From: Candidatus Hydrogenedentota bacterium
GTDB lineage: Bacteria > UBA8481 > J006
Assembly (NCBI GenBank): GCA_003697085.1
Contig: RFFU01000040.1
Span: forward strand, 3,133-67,132
Reading direction: 5' to 3'
Length of the DNA stretch: 64,000 nucleotides
Under the pieces are notes generated by a model, which saw only the letters and a program-made list of their open reading frames with translations, made no database searches and had not been told where the DNA came from. Position numbers and translations under genes: made by a program. Below, in pieces: positions 18,540 through 27,577 of this stretch. Numbering within the stretch: position 1 is the stretch's first letter; every line of letters starts with the position of its first letter.

Positions 18540-19328
18540 ATGGCGACCTCCGAGAAGGATGTGCTTTCCGACGAGGAGATTTGGAAGCGCTACAAAGACA
18601 CGGGGGACATCGAGGTCCGGAACCAGTTGATCGAACGGTACGCGCCCTTGGTGAAGTATGTTGCGGGCCGGATGGCCGTGAATATGCCCGCGAATGTCGA
18701 ATTCGATGATCTCGTTTCCTATGGTATCTTCGGACTGATCGACGCCATCGAGAAATACAAGCCATCGCTCGGATACAAGTTCAAGACCTACGCGACGACG
18801 CGGATTCGCGGCGGAATCATCGACGAATTGCGTGCTCTGGATTGGATACCGCGTTCCGTACGACAGAAGTCGCGGCAACTTCAGGCCGCCTACGCGGAGT
18901 TGGAGAATCGTCTCGGTCGCGCGGCTACGGATGAGGAGGTGGCTGCGGAATTGGGGTTGAGTATGGCGGAGTTCGAGCAGTTGGTGAACGACGTCTCCGG
19001 TACGGCCGTGATGTCGCTGGAGGACGTCTGGCATGTCGGCTCGGACGACGACGAGGTTCAACTCGGGGATACCCTGGCGGGAAGCGAGAAGGACCATCCG
19101 AATTACAATATCGAGCGGGAGGAAGTGAAGCGGATCTTGATCGAGGCGATCAAGGAACTTCCGCCGCGGGAGAAGGAAGTCATCGCGCTGTATTACTACG
19201 AGGAGCTCACGTTGAAGGAGATCGGGCTGGTTTTGGAAGTGACGGAGTCTCGCGTATCTCAACTCCATTCGAAGGCGATCCACCGCCTCCGGGCGAAACT
19301 CCAGAAGAATCGCGAGGCCTTCACATGA
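18540..19328 (+). CDS. fliA: RNA polymerase sigma factor FliA/WhiG (sigma-28)
   Basis: Sigma-70 region 2 (LIERYAPLVKYVAGRM...DDLVSYGIFGLIDAIEKYKPSLGYKFKTYATTRIRGGIIDELR). Region 3 and region 4 (LPPREKEVIALYYYEELTLKEIGLVLEVTESRVSQLHSKAIHRLR) are also present. Size and context fit FliA. Confidence 0.9.
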   Translation: MATSEKDVLSDEEIWKRYKDTGDIEVRNQLIERYAPLVKYVAGRMAVNMPANVEFDDLVSYGIFGLIDAIEKYKPSLGYKFKTYATTRIRGGIIDELRALDWIPRSVRQKSRQLQAAYAELENRLGRAATDEEVAAELGLSMAEFEQLVNDVSGTAVMSLEDVWHVGSDDDEVQLGDTLAGSEKDHPNYNIEREEVKRILIEAIKELPPREKEVIALYYYEELTLKEIGLVLEVTESRVSQLHSKAIHRLRAKLQKNREAFT

Positions 19329-19346
19329 GCCGGGGGGGCTGCAGGC

Positions 19347-21068
19347 GTGTCGGAGCGTAAGGAAGAAGAGAAGGCCGTCGAGACCGCGGCGGAAGCAACG
19401 TCTGGTGCCGCCGCGCGGAACCTCTTTCGCATCTCGATCGACGAGGAGAACCGCGCGCTTTTGCTTCTCAATATCAAGGATGAGACGGCGCCTCCGACGG
19501 TGGAGGAGATCGTAACGGCGGCGCGGCGGGAGCGCGTCGAGCAGATCAATCAGGACGCCATTCGCCAGGCGATCGAACAGCGGGCGAAGGAGCCGATTTT
19601 GATCGGAAAATATCGGCCGCGGCCGGCTCAACCCGAAGTCTCGATCGCCAAGGATGGTATGACGGCTCATCTCCGCATTCTTCCCCCGGAACCCGGCGGC
19701 GCGAAACTTTCGCTCGAGGAACTGAAGACCGCTTTGAAACAGGAAGGAATCCTCTACGGTGTGGACGAAGCCCGTCTCGAGAAATTGGCTTCCGATCCCG
19801 TTTACGACGAGGCCGTTGAGATTGCGAAGGGACGACCGACGGAGGACGGCGAGGATGGATGGATCGAATATCTCTTCGAGACGGAGAAGACCTTTCGGCC
19901 CGCCGTGGCCGACGAGCACGGCCGGATCGACTTCAAGGAACTCAATCTCGTCGAGAACGTGGTCGAGGGACAGGTGCTGGCGGTTCTGCACCCCCCGACG
20001 GCCGGAAGGGCCGGAATCACCGTGCGAAACGAATATCTGGCCGCGAAGCCCGGACGCCCGGCTCGGCTTTTGGCGGGAAAGAATGTCGAGATTACGCCGG
20101 ACGGAAAGGAAGCGCGTGCTCTCTGTAACGGCGTCGTGTCGCTTCTGGCGAACAAGATTCAGGTTTCCGAGGTCTTTACGGTAAGCGGAAACGTCGGCCC
20201 GGAGACCGGGAACATCAATTTTCTCGGAACGGTGCAGATCACAGGGGGGGTCGAGGACGGGTATAGCGTCAAGGCGACCGGTGATATTGTTGTTGGTAAG
20301 ACGGTCGGAAAAGCGGTATTGGAGGCGGACGGCGATATTACGGTGCAGGGAGGAGTGATGGGGCATGAGGAGGGGAGAATCGTCTGTAACGGTGCGTTTC
20401 GAGCCCGCTTCGTCCAGGAGACGAATTTGGATGTTCGCGAGGACATTACGGTCGTCGATGCGATTATGCATTCCAACGTGGATTGCGGCGGGAGAATCAT
20501 TGTTGGCACGGGGGGAAAGAAGGGGATGATCGTGGGCGGGTTGGTACGGGCCTTTCGCGGCGTCTACTGCAAGACGCTCGGCTCGCCGATGTCCACGAAG
20601 ACTCAGGTGGAGGTCGGTGTTCAGCCGAAACTGGCGGCGCGGATGGAGGAACTCCAGCAATCCATTGTTCAGGACAGGAAGAATTTCGAGAACGTTCGGA
20701 AGGGAATTGCGGCTCTCGCGGCTTTGAAGCAGAAGCTGGGGCATCTTCCGCCGGACAAGGTGAAGATCCTTCAGACGTTGAGCGCGGCGCAGAATTCGCT
20801 CAAAGCGCGTATCCAGGAAATGGCGGCGGAGCTGAAGGACGTGCAGGCACGGGCTTCGGAAAAGGTGCGGGCCGTCGTGGCGGTTTCGGACACGCTCTAT
20901 CCCGGTGTCAAGATCACGATCGGTTCGGTTCCGTTCTATGTGACGCAGGAGGAGAAATATGTGACGGTCAAGGAACTCAATGGGGAGATATCCGTTGGTT
21001 CCTACGAAGAGCCGCGAAGCGAGAAGAATCGGAAGAAGAAGGACTCCGATTCGGGAAAGGGGAAATAA
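19347..21068 (+). CDS. fapA: flagellar assembly protein A family (FapA, DUF342)
   Basis: 573 aa with an N-terminal DUF342-like region. Repeated beta-solenoid G-rich segments follow (GNINFLGTVQITGGVEDGYSVKATGDIVVGKTV...ADGDITVQGGV...CGGRIIVGTGG), then a C-terminal coiled coil. GTG start. Confidence 0.75.
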   Translation: MSERKEEEKAVETAAEATSGAAARNLFRISIDEENRALLLLNIKDETAPPTVEEIVTAARRERVEQINQDAIRQAIEQRAKEPILIGKYRPRPAQPEVSIAKDGMTAHLRILPPEPGGAKLSLEELKTALKQEGILYGVDEARLEKLASDPVYDEAVEIAKGRPTEDGEDGWIEYLFETEKTFRPAVADEHGRIDFKELNLVENVVEGQVLAVLHPPTAGRAGITVRNEYLAAKPGRPARLLAGKNVEITPDGKEARALCNGVVSLLANKIQVSEVFTVSGNVGPETGNINFLGTVQITGGVEDGYSVKATGDIVVGKTVGKAVLEADGDITVQGGVMGHEEGRIVCNGAFRARFVQETNLDVREDITVVDAIMHSNVDCGGRIIVGTGGKKGMIVGGLVRAFRGVYCKTLGSPMSTKTQVEVGVQPKLAARMEELQQSIVQDRKNFENVRKGIAALAALKQKLGHLPPDKVKILQTLSAAQNSLKARIQEMAAELKDVQARASEKVRAVVAVSDTLYPGVKITIGSVPFYVTQEEKYVTVKELNGEISVGSYEEPRSEKNRKKKDSDSGKGK

Positions 21069-21069
21069 G

Positions 21070-21387
21070 GTGGCCGAACCGATTCACCTCCAGGTGAACG
21101 TCCTCCAAGGTGACGACGTGGCGCGGCAGATGCAAGCGCAGAAGGATGTCACGTCCCACCAGCAGATCGGACAGGAAGAGGATCGGGTGCAAGAGTCCCA
21201 GCAGGAAGAGACGACGGTCCAGGAGAGTCCGGAATCCCAGGAGAGCGAATTGGATCCCGAGGGCTCAGGGCGAGGTCGGGCGTTTCTCCGAAAGAGGCGG
21301 ACGGGCGGGGAGGAAGAAGAGGAGGATGAGGAGGTGCGGGGGGCACCGGAACCGAACAAGGGCATCAAGGTTGATCTCGTCGGATGA
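21070..21387 (+). CDS. hypothetical acidic low-complexity protein
   Basis: About 105 aa, E/Q-rich (QESQQEETTVQESPESQESELDPEG...EEEEEDEE). GTG 21070 lies 1 nt after the fapA stop. Coding status is uncertain. Confidence 0.3.
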   Translation: MAEPIHLQVNVLQGDDVARQMQAQKDVTSHQQIGQEEDRVQESQQEETTVQESPESQESELDPEGSGRGRAFLRKRRTGGEEEEEDEEVRGAPEPNKGIKVDLVG

Positions 21388-21453
21388 GCATACGATCTAA
21401 AAAAACCGTCCTGGGGAGCGGCGGCCGGTGGGGGAGACCAGGGAGGTGAACCG

Positions 21454-21981
21454 ATGGAACTAATCTTGGCGTCCGTTCTGCTTTCTCTGGGGGTGGGTTT
21501 GGCGGTTTATGTCGTGTTGAGCCGAAGGATCGAGCAACTCGTGGGACGTTTGGAGGGAGTGCCGGGCGAGGAGATGACGGAATTGGAGAGCCGTGTGGCC
21601 AATTTTATCTCGGAGTTGACGCGGGTGGCCAATTCTCACGCCAATGCCGTTGAGGATCGTCGTGAGGAATTGCGTCGTGTGATCGACTTGGCGAACGAGC
21701 GGGTGAGAAGGCTGAATTCGCTTTTGTCGGATCTGGAGGTGCTGGAGAGGCGGTTACGGGCGGGGATGGCGGAATGGAAGGAGGGCGTGGCCGATGAGGC
21801 GGTGCGGAGAGAGGCGGGGGAAGCGATTCGGGAAGCGAAGCCGGTCGGAGGGAGGGACGAGATCGTCAAGGAAGTCCGGCGGCTTTCCGCGAACGGACGA
21901 ACGGCGCGGGAGATCGCCGCCCATATGAAGAGGCCGGAGGACGAGATCCGGTTGATTCAACGCCGTCTGATGGATACATAA
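21454..21981 (+). CDS. hypothetical membrane-anchored coiled-coil protein with C-terminal HTH-like segment (DUF2802-like)
   Basis: RBS gggaggtgaaccgATG. N-terminal TM (LILASVLLSLGVGLAVYVVL), a coiled coil, and C-terminal RLSANGRTAREIAAHMKRPEDEIRLIQR resembling a sigma-70 region-4/LuxR-type HTH. Confidence 0.5.
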   Translation: MELILASVLLSLGVGLAVYVVLSRRIEQLVGRLEGVPGEEMTELESRVANFISELTRVANSHANAVEDRREELRRVIDLANERVRRLNSLLSDLEVLERRLRAGMAEWKEGVADEAVRREAGEAIREAKPVGGRDEIVKEVRRLSANGRTAREIAAHMKRPEDEIRLIQRRLMDT

Positions 21982-22556
21982 ATCGAGGGGCCAAGCGGGA
22001 GCGGGCCGAAAGGGAGGAGACTGACAGCCCGATTTTTCGGCTTTAGAGGGACGAAGGAGGTTGGAGCGGTTTTCGAGGAGAAGAATGTTTTCCCATCGGA
22101 AACCTTCTGACCAGGAATTCCTTTATCCTTCCCCGTGTCTTTTTGTTGGCAAGCAGGGCAGGCATCGCAAATCATGGCCGAAGAGAAATCTCAGTATACT
22201 TGCTTTTCCTGGGAGTACAAACTTCTTACTTGTTGGAACAGGTTTGCAGGGGTTGACGGAACGCACGTAGGTCATCCGACGAAAATCAGAGTCCGTCGAA
22301 ACGGCGTCCGAGGTCCAGCCAGTTGTCGAGGATACTGGCATCGCGGCGTTGCCTGTTAGTGGGTGAGAATTCCGCGCGGGGGAGGGTCTGGCGGATGCTG
22401 ATTTAAATCCTTTGGAAAAGATAAATTTTCTGTTAATTTCCCACAGTAAGGATGTATTCGGTGCAATGTAATGAGTCGAATCCAGAAGAACTGCGGTGAA
22501 AATAATTTTGAAACGCAGAATTATCTGACGACTGCACAAAGGTGGTGTAGGTAGAA

Positions 22557-23780
22557 ATGTCGAATATTCGGAATGAATCGAATGGTCCGATCCGGCTGGA
22601 GATGTTCAAAACTCCGGAATCGATCCGAGAAGAAATGGGAAACCGAGACCTTTATTTTTGGGGAGTGGGAGAGTGGTTTGAGAAAACCATTCGGAGGTGT
22701 GGGTTGCGACCGAAGTACGTTGTGGATTCCAACCCGGCTTTGACCGGTGGAACGACGATGGGTGTTCCCATAGTGAGTCCGGAAACCTTTTTTCGAGATA
22801 AACAACCAAAATACCTTGTTATAACGACAGGATCCTATGAGAGCGTAGTGGAAGCACTTATACGAAAGGGCGTTTCGGAATCGTGTTATTGTTGTACTCC
22901 CTTATTGAAAAACATGTATTTGGGACGCCGCCTAAAATGTGTTGATCAGACATTGGTTTTCTCGGTTGCCGACCAGGAGACGGGAGGTATTTTTCGGTAT
23001 CGAATCCGTGATAAGACATTGACTCGTTGGTATCAAGGAAAATGTCGCGGGTTGATCCGTTATCCCGGGGGCTATGCATTTGTCGACGAACTTCACGGAA
23101 TGCGCTTGATGGACAAGAAGGGAAACATTTTCCAGTCGTTCGATTTTCCCGAAGTAAACAGTTTGGTCGGTTTGACCTATGACGAGGATCACAGGCGTTT
23201 TTATATCGTAGATAGCGGGCGGGACAAAATTTTGGTCGTAAGCGAGGAGGGGGAATTAGAGAAAATGCTTTCGTTTAGTGAAAAGTATGAGGAGGATGGG
23301 ATAGAGCACCACCATTTGAATGACATTTGTTATTATGAGGGGCGATTATATCTGTCATTATTTTCCTTATCAGGAACGTGGCAAATCGGAGGGTACGACG
23401 GTTGCATCGTAGAAACTGATCTTTCGTTGCAAAGGATCTCAAGTCCCCTCGTCAGCAATCTCTGGATGCCCCACACCATAACATACATCAACAACGAACT
23501 CTTTTATGTCGAAAGTATGCGAGGTCGGATAGTTCGCAATACCTGGATGGAAGTTGTGCGATACCCAGCTTTTATTCGGGGGTTTGCTTGGGACGGTCAA
23601 TTTTATTATGTAGGCCAGAGCGAAAATCGGTATTATGATCGACTGGCTCGCGAAGCCAGCGTAATACCAGTGACCTGCTGCATTCACGTCTTCGATCCAG
23701 AGAGCAGGGCGTCCCGTGAGCACGTCTTCGATCAGTTTGAAAACATCCACGATATCGTGATTGCTCATAGTTCCGTTTAA
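22557..23780 (+). CDS. hypothetical protein: N-terminal Rossmann-like segment plus C-terminal beta-propeller-like repeats (function unknown)
   Basis: 407-aa ORF in a lower-GC stretch (about 45-50% versus 60%+ elsewhere). N-terminal DLYFWGVGEWF...KYVVDSNPALTGGTTMGVPIVSPETFF...KYLVITTGSYESVVEAL. C-terminal repeated FYIVDSGRDKILVV / LYLSLFS / FYYVGQ strands. Confidence 0.5.
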   Translation: MSNIRNESNGPIRLEMFKTPESIREEMGNRDLYFWGVGEWFEKTIRRCGLRPKYVVDSNPALTGGTTMGVPIVSPETFFRDKQPKYLVITTGSYESVVEALIRKGVSESCYCCTPLLKNMYLGRRLKCVDQTLVFSVADQETGGIFRYRIRDKTLTRWYQGKCRGLIRYPGGYAFVDELHGMRLMDKKGNIFQSFDFPEVNSLVGLTYDEDHRRFYIVDSGRDKILVVSEEGELEKMLSFSEKYEEDGIEHHHLNDICYYEGRLYLSLFSLSGTWQIGGYDGCIVETDLSLQRISSPLVSNLWMPHTITYINNELFYVESMRGRIVRNTWMEVVRYPAFIRGFAWDGQFYYVGQSENRYYDRLAREASVIPVTCCIHVFDPESRASREHVFDQFENIHDIVIAHSSV

Positions 23781-23910
23781 CCGAATTCCTTCTCGTTATT
23801 CCGAAAGAGAGAAAGGGTAAGCGAGGGGAAAATATAGTGCGATTTTGGCGGCATGGCTCACATTCCGCACTTCGGATCGGCGTTTTCGGTTTCTTGTAAC
23901 TAGCGTGTAA

Positions 23911-24291
23911 TCAGGCCTTCGGGCTGGTTTTGCCCCGTATAATCTTCATCGAACTTTGCTCCCATTCGCGCAAAAGAGACGAAATCTCCCGCTTGTTCTC
24001 GATCGCGCGCTTGAGTTTCTCGACTTCCTCCGGCTTGAGAACGGTATGCCTGAGGCGCCCATCCTCAAGACGGCTCCACTCATGGTATGGACCGTGCCGG
24101 GCCTCGGGATCGGTGTGACAACGGCACGTCTTCTTTCCGCAGACTTTCCTTCTGGTATGCAGTGTTCCGGAACAGACGAGATCCATCGAAAGAATTCGTT
24201 TCTGGATCTCCTTGATCCTTCGCCGGGGATCCTTTTCGGCTCGTTTTGATCTCCCCGAACTTTTTTCTCTTTTTTTGCTTGACAACCTCAT
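23911..24291 (-). CDS. hypothetical small basic Cys-rich protein (putative zinc-ribbon) adjacent to the IS element
   Basis: 126 aa, K/R-rich, with the motif CSGTLHTRRKVCGKKTCRCHTDPEARHGPYHEW. Its 5' end abuts the hairpin at 24277-24333. Confidence 0.35.
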   Translation of the reverse strand: MRLSSKKREKSSGRSKRAEKDPRRRIKEIQKRILSMDLVCSGTLHTRRKVCGKKTCRCHTDPEARHGPYHEWSRLEDGRLRHTVLKPEEVEKLKRAIENKREISSLLREWEQSSMKIIRGKTSPKA

Positions 24292-24333
24292 AATCTGGCG
24301 ATATTATAATCGCCGGATTGAGGTCTTGTCAAG
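24277..24333. repeat. Imperfect inverted repeat / hairpin immediately upstream of the transposase start
   Basis: cttgacaacctcataatctggcgat | attataatcgccggattgaggtcttgtcaag. The arms are near-complementary over about 25 nt. Candidate IS terminal/operator structure. Confidence 0.5.
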
Positions 24334-24340
24334 GGAAAAG

Positions 24341-26061
24341 ATGATTTCTAGATCGAAAAACTCCGCTTCCCTCCGACTCGTGACGGAACGCCTTGGCCCG
24401 CTTCCGATCATCAACCGCTTTCTTGCTCGTCTCGATCTCGATTCGCTTCTTGACCGGTTCGTTCCGACAGATGACAGAAGAGTGCGCCTTCGCTATTCCA
24501 AGGCGCTGGGAGTTTTCCTTCGGTCTATCCTGGTGGAACGAGAGCCGATCTATAGGCAGGAAGAGACGGTCCACATTCGCCACTCGGCATTCGGTATAAC
24601 GGAGGAAGAAAGAGAGCGGATCTCGGATGACAGGATAGGGCGGAGCCTGGATCGCCTCTTCGACGCGGATCGAGGAACTCTGCTGACCGAGGTTGTCATC
24701 AAGGCGGGAGAGGAATTCGGCTTGAAGTTCGAGGAGTTCCACAACGATACGACAGACAATCCGCTTCTGTGGGCGTTATCGAGAGGCGAAGGGACGGTCT
24801 ATCAGGGGAAACCGGGCCCCATGGATAACCCGGGGGTATTCGAAGGATCACAGGCCGGACCTGAAACAACTTTTGTATCTTCTCACGACCTCCTCGGATG
24901 GCGGGGTCCCCGTCCAGTTTCGGTGCGACTCCCGGAATGTGAACGATTCGACGACACGCATCGAGACATGGGAGGCGCTATGTTCCATCGCAGGGGGGGC
25001 GGGCTTTCTCTATGTGGCCGATTCCAAACTCTGCACCCGCGAGAACATGGATTACATCGATAAAAGAGGCGGAAGATTCATAACGGTGATACCGAGATCC
25101 CGCCTGGAGGATCGCGAGTTCAGGGAATGGATCCAGAAGAACGATCCGCCGCGGGAACAGGTGTGGGACCGGCCGAATCCCAGGAAGAAATGGGGACCGC
25201 GGGATCGATGGTGGGTGTATCGCTATCATTTACCTTCGAGAGAAGCGTGGCCGATCATCTGGGTCTTCAGTTCGCTCTTGGCCGTGAAACAAGAAGAGAC
25301 GAGAAGGAGGCAAATTTCTTCAAGCCGAAGAGGAACTGGGAGATCTGAAGAAGCAACTGGCCAGTTCTCGAACGCGGCGGCGAGGACGAGGGAAGATCGG
25401 AGAGAAGATAGAGGAGATCCTTACGCGGACCCACACCGCGAGGTATATCGATGTGCGGATCGTAACCCGGGAGGATCATAGTTACAGGCAGGAGCGACGA
25501 GGACGCCCGGGCTCGGATACGCGATACCGGAGAATCACGAAGAGGCGTCACGACATCGAATGGTCGCTCAACGATGAAAAGATCGCTTACGATCGCAAAA
25601 GCGACGGGCTGTATCCACTTCTCACGAACGATCGGACTCTCTCGGCGCGCCAGGTACTCGAGGCGCATAAAAGGCAGCCGTCCGTGGAAGGACGCTTTCG
25701 GGACCTCAAATCGGTCAACGAGATAGCCCCGATTTTCCTCAAGAACGAAGGGAGAATCGAGGCGCTCTTCTTTCTCTATTTCCTCGCGCTTCTCGTGCAG
25801 GGACTCATCGAGCGTGAAGTCCGGCAATCGATGCGAAGAAAGGAAATCGAGGAGTTGCCCATATATCCGGAGGAGAGGAGCGGCAAGAGTCCAACCGCCG
25901 AGCAGATACTGCGGCTTTTCGGCCTGATCGAGCGTCATCGGCTGATGAAGCACGGGGCCCTCGTCCAGACATTCGTTACTGAACTGACGGAACTACAGAA
26001 AACGGTGCTAAAATTGCTCGGGGTATCCGAATCAGCCTACAAGGACCTTGAAGACATGTGA
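24341..26061 (+). pseudogene. IS1634-family (IS4-like) DDE transposase, disrupted: split across three reading frames
   Basis: Three consecutive overlapping ORFs in different frames each match successive parts of IS1634-type transposases. 24212..25063 matches the N-terminus (LGPLPIINRFLARLDLDSLLDRFVP...). 24873..25481 matches the DDE core (FLYVADSKLCTRENMDYIDKRGGRFITVIP). 25453..26061 matches the C-terminus (SDGLYPLLTNDRT...IEALFFLYFLALLVQGLIERE). This implies two frameshifts, near 24880-25060 and 25450-25480. Confidence 0.7.
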
Positions 26062-26341
26062 CCGAAATTCACCGAAAACCGTCGGTGAGATGTACGGAAG
26101 GTGAGGCATGCTGGTAATGGAGTCCGGGTTTTTCTGTCCGCGGCGCCATCCCTCTCATTTTTTCCTAAACGGCCGCGTTTTTCCTGGTTTTTCCACTCCC
26201 TTTCTTAAGCGACTTTGTGCGCCGGGCGAAGAGGGAACTATACTTACAGACTGTGAAGAGATCACAATGAAAATTTGCATGAATGGCCTCGGAAACGAAA
26301 AGGAAATAGGAATTTTGTGGACGACGTTCTTTTCTAAAAGT

Positions 26342-27238
26342 TCATAATTGCGACAGCACGTCAGGATCGAGAGGACAAAGACGTCGCGAGCGGGTCAGTG
26401 GTATGCCTCGAAGAGTTTCACCGGACGACGGGGCTATTTTCCATACCAGTGTCACTGCCCCGGGAACGGTGAAATCTCTTCTTTCATCCCGGCGGGCTTC
26501 CTCCTTCAACCAAAGGACGCCTGGCTCTTCCTTCCCAACGCCGCCGGCCAATACAAAAGCGCCCCACAGGACCCGGTGTAGATCTGTATCTCTACACGCG
26601 GTTTTTTCTTTCTTTTCAAAAGATCTTGCTCTTGTGAAGCATTTGAGTGTGCCGCCGATCGCGATCAAATACTCCTCTAAATCCAAATCTCCCCCCATAA
26701 TTTCGATTGCAGAAGAGAGAATACGGGGATGCCGACGCAGATTCTCGAAGAAGGGTGAAACGAAGTTCGGCCAGCGAATTCCCGCAACCGCATCTTCTTC
26801 CAGAAAGTCGAAAGGAACTCCGGCTGCGGTCTCGTGCAGAAGAATGGGATCGCTGTGCAGGCCGACGCGCCGATAGAGGCGGGTACGGGAGGACAAGTCC
26901 ATGGCGATTCCCAAAATTTCGCCTTTCATTTTCATCTGCGAGAGTCTTCCGGCGGAAACCCATTCCCCCGTTGAAAGGTGCTGACGGAGTTTCGTGGCTT
27001 CCTTATTTGAGAAACCCGGGCCGGGAATTATCGAAAGGGGGGCGAATCCGCTTTCGAAAGAACGGCGCGCCGTTTCCGGAGGTGATTCTGTTCTTTCTTC
27101 AGCAGGCCTTGCGGCCTCTTCTTCGGAAGCTTCCGTGTAATTCGTCCGCAGATGCCGCGGCAACCCTCCACGCTTCCATGCCCGCAGAAATTCCCGCGCA
27201 AAAGCTTTTACCGACCTCACAAATGGTCGTTGTCGCAT
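26342..27238 (-). CDS. hypothetical protein (no family recognised)
   Basis: 298-aa ORF divergent from fumC, maintained over about 0.9 kb. No motifs I can assign. Confidence 0.35.
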   Translation of the reverse strand: MRQRPFVRSVKAFAREFLRAWKRGGLPRHLRTNYTEASEEEAARPAEERTESPPETARRSFESGFAPLSIIPGPGFSNKEATKLRQHLSTGEWVSAGRLSQMKMKGEILGIAMDLSSRTRLYRRVGLHSDPILLHETAAGVPFDFLEEDAVAGIRWPNFVSPFFENLRRHPRILSSAIEIMGGDLDLEEYLIAIGGTLKCFTRARSFEKKEKTACRDTDLHRVLWGAFVLAGGVGKEEPGVLWLKEEARRDERRDFTVPGAVTLVWKIAPSSGETLRGIPLTRSRRLCPLDPDVLSQL

Positions 27239-27577
27239 TTCTTCTCCCCTTTCTACTCTCCGCCCCGGGCTATCAAATCGGCCCCGAAAGAGACCGTTAC
27301 CGAATATTTTTGTTTTGTGAAACGCAACTTTATAACCACTAAAAGTCTATGAGAAGGCTTTTGCATCCGGATGATGAGGGAAGGGAACGAGATATCGGAG
27401 AAAAACGGAGTCTCTTTCTTGTTCAAGGAGCGTGGGACGTTTAGTTCAGGCTTTCGTTTTTCTGTTTTTCGAGGTAAGTTCCTTCCGTTAGGTGGAAGGA
27501 GTCGGATGAAAAGGCGTTGACCGTAGAACGGAAGATAAAGAAAGACACTTGAGATGTAGGAAAGAGGAGGACGGAAT

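Noticed and set aside
22000-22556. Possible small flagellin or other gene in the 560-nt AT-richer spacer
   Set aside because: No ORF over 70 codons has a plausible start or RBS, and flagellin would need 250+ aa. This is more likely a promoter or insertion-junction region.
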